From assembly GCF_963676685.1 (NCBI RefSeq), contig NC_092349.1, positions 49,352,001-49,416,000 of the forward strand: a stretch of 64,000 nt of DNA. Reading direction: 5' to 3'. The first letter of the stretch is position 1. Each line of letters opens with the position of its first letter. Below are positions 62,548 through 64,000 of the stretch, piece by piece. A program made the translations under genes and the position numbers. The notes under the pieces were generated by a model. The model was not told the origin of the DNA and did not search any database. It saw only the letters and a list, made by a program, of their open reading frames with translations. The stretch is from Mytilus edulis (Eukaryota).

Positions 62548-62957
62548 CTTCGTCTGCGTATGTGAAGCGTGCAGTACAAGCAGTCGGTTTTAAATCGACA
62601 TGCCCGTAACTGGTCGTCTCTTATAAAGATTCGCACCCGATTCAAGTCTGTTTGACGTAATCTGACGTAATAAGGTTTGGTATACTCTAAAGTTCCTTCC
62701 TCGATCGGTTCGGTGGATCGCAAGAGCGGCAAGAAACTATTCCGCACGTAGGATTCCTCTACCACGTCGGCACAGACGTAGAGTCGATTGGTTTGGCATT
62801 CCGGTTGAGACGGTAGGGCGAGTTCCGTCAGTGCGCATTCCCACGTACCCTCCAGCAGGTATCTCTTGGGAAGATCCACCACGAAGTCCCCAGCGTGGTT
62901 ATCGGAATGGTCCTTGAGCGAATCGCCGCTGTACAGGTGCAGGTAGACATCCTCCAT
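62535..62957 (-). CDS. Minor capsid protein (penton, single jelly-roll), compact 140 aa
   Basis: YLHLYS..S.....DN...DF.VDLP....LEG.WECALTEL N-terminus and LHIRR C-terminus typical of Polinton pentons. Confidence 0.85.
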   Translation of the reverse strand: MEDVYLHLYSGDSLKDHSDNHAGDFVVDLPKRYLLEGTWECALTELALPSQPECQTNRLYVCADVVEESYVRNSFLPLLRSTEPIEEGTLEYTKPYYVRLRQTDLNRVRIFIRDDQLRACRFKTDCLYCTLHIRRRRWVR

Positions 62958-63000
62958 CGTGTCGTCATCTCGGTGCCCCGCTAGTCCCCTCTTATGAATG

Positions 63001-63345
63001 TCACTGTTCTCCAGAACGAAGAGAGAAGACGATGGCTCGATTGAGGTACTGGGATCTCATCAGACGCGGGATCGTCTCGTGGAAAGTCATCAGGGCGTTC
63101 TTTTTTCTTTGTAGAGATATTCTACCATCGATCAGTTGACGGAGGAGGAGAGAACGCTCTCTAAAGTGGGAAGCGTCTTGCTGAAGGACGTGGATGAATC
63201 CTTGGACGATGAGACGGACGACTTCGGACACGGCCTGCATCTGTGGTCTCGTCATGAATCGCACCAATAGCTTTCTCGCGGGTTTGTTCGCCTGTCCTAG
63301 TTGTTGTAGGTAGTGAAGGCGTTCATATACGATAGACTGGTCCAT
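63001..63345 (-). CDS. Small basic Polinton protein (114 aa), paralog of 59300-59611
   Basis: LHYLQQLGQANKPARKLLV...QMQAVSEVV..IVQGFI; TATAAGAG 28 nt upstream. Confidence 0.72.
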   Translation of the reverse strand: MDQSIVYERLHYLQQLGQANKPARKLLVRFMTRPQMQAVSEVVRLIVQGFIHVLQQDASHFRERSLLLRQLIDGRISLQRKKNALMTFHETIPRLMRSQYLNRAIVFSLRSGEQ

Positions 63346-63347
63346 GA

Positions 63348-64000
63348 TTACGCGGAAGGTTGTGGTTCCGGTCTCTTATAGTCTTTCAAAGACGTCAGGG
63401 AGATCCAACTGTTGAATTTCGCCGGCCATCCCATCCACTTTACCAACGCGTCTTGACGTCGTCGGCGAATGACTTTTTCGATACGGTACACCGTCTCCTC
63501 GGTGACTCTCACCCTGTTCAGCTCCGATTGGTAAAAGGTATCTTCCACGACGTCACCGAGCGTGTCCTTCAACGTGTAATACGATATGCCATCTTTCGTG
63601 CCCCTGTCGTCCACCACGAAAAACTCCATCGTCCATCGTTCGTCGTACTCTCGATCAAACGGCTGTCTAACGTGCGAGATGCGGACGGTATCTCCTTTTC
63701 GGAACGCGTAGCCTCGTGTCGCTGGTTTCACGTACTGTTGCGTCGGGTACTGGAGTTTCCACAGTCGGGCTTCGTCCTTTTTAGTCACCGCACGGGGAGC
63801 CATCTTGATGGAACGGTGGTAGGCGGCATTGTAGCTCTGTGTGGTGTCGTCCAGCACGTCGATCCAACGATGCGTTTGATGACGGGTTAGGTATCGGAAG
63901 AGTCTAGCCTTCAGCGTCTTGATGCATCGTTCGGCGTAGGAACTTTTCTGTTCGTTCTGGGTGTAAAAATAGTCAACCTTCTCGGCTTTCAAGAAACGTT
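63348..64000 (-). CDS. int: Retroviral-like (rve) integrase with C-terminal chromodomain; 5' part outside window
   Basis: AERCIKTLK (catalytic E), YN...HRSIKMAP, F..GD.VRIS and chromodomain YRIEKVI...LVKWMGWPAKFNSWI. Confidence 0.92.
   Translation of the reverse strand, partial: RFLKAEKVDYFYTQNEQKSSYAERCIKTLKARLFRYLTRHQTHRWIDVLDDTTQSYNAAYHRSIKMAPRAVTKKDEARLWKLQYPTQQYVKPATRGYAFRKGDTVRISHVRQPFDREYDERWTMEFFVVDDRGTKDGISYYTLKDTLGDVVEDTFYQSELNRVRVTEETVYRIEKVIRRRRQDALVKWMGWPAKFNSWISLTSLKDYKRPEPQPSA

Larger units (their letters stand above)
47744..64000. mobile_element. Polinton/Maverick (adintovirus-like endogenous virus), left ~16 kb; continues beyond window
   Basis: AGTAGTAG terminus interrupting repeat family C after GACTAC (predicted 6-bp TSD). 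Intact pPolB, ATPase, protease, MCP, mCP and integrase ORFs. Confidence 0.95.

Noticed and set aside
47744-64000. Interpretation as a prophage, tectivirus or contaminant contig
   Set aside because: Spliceosomal introns, Pol II motifs, poly(A) signals, an rve integrase with chromodomain and a clean junction inside a host repeat indicate an integrated eukaryotic Polinton.

Overview
This is AT-rich eukaryotic genomic DNA. Its repeat families resemble those of a bivalve such as Mytilus; the host identity is my inference. Bases 1-47.7 kb are host sequence dense in non-autonomous TEs (CACTA, Kolobok-like, Tc1/pogo-like, long-TIR, Helentron-like, hairpin/Crypton-like), hammerhead-ribozyme repeats and a decayed Penelope-like RT. 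Two minus-strand spliced host genes lie here, both reconstructed by hand. One is a 12-exon secreted protein (331 aa) with three Ly6/uPAR-like domains, each carrying a G-[KR]-R processing site. The other is a 5-exon protein (936 aa) with tandem ubiquitin-like domains and a C-terminal death domain. From 47744 to the window end lies the left part of an apparently intact Polinton/Maverick (adintovirus-like endogenous virus) with an AGTAGTAG terminus. It encodes a tandem-PC4 protein, protein-primed PolB, packaging ATPase, adenain-type protease, major and minor capsid proteins, integrase and small core-like proteins. The most unusual features are in the element. PolB appears spliced to an upstream C2H2 zinc-finger exon. 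The 2.4-kb PolB intron hides an antisense 3-exon gene (94 aa, RRRLW motif) missing from the ORF track. Most structural-module genes are preceded by YATAAGAG, while the PC4 and PolB genes sit behind AP-1/CArG arrays. All calls come from reading the sequence; no searches were run.
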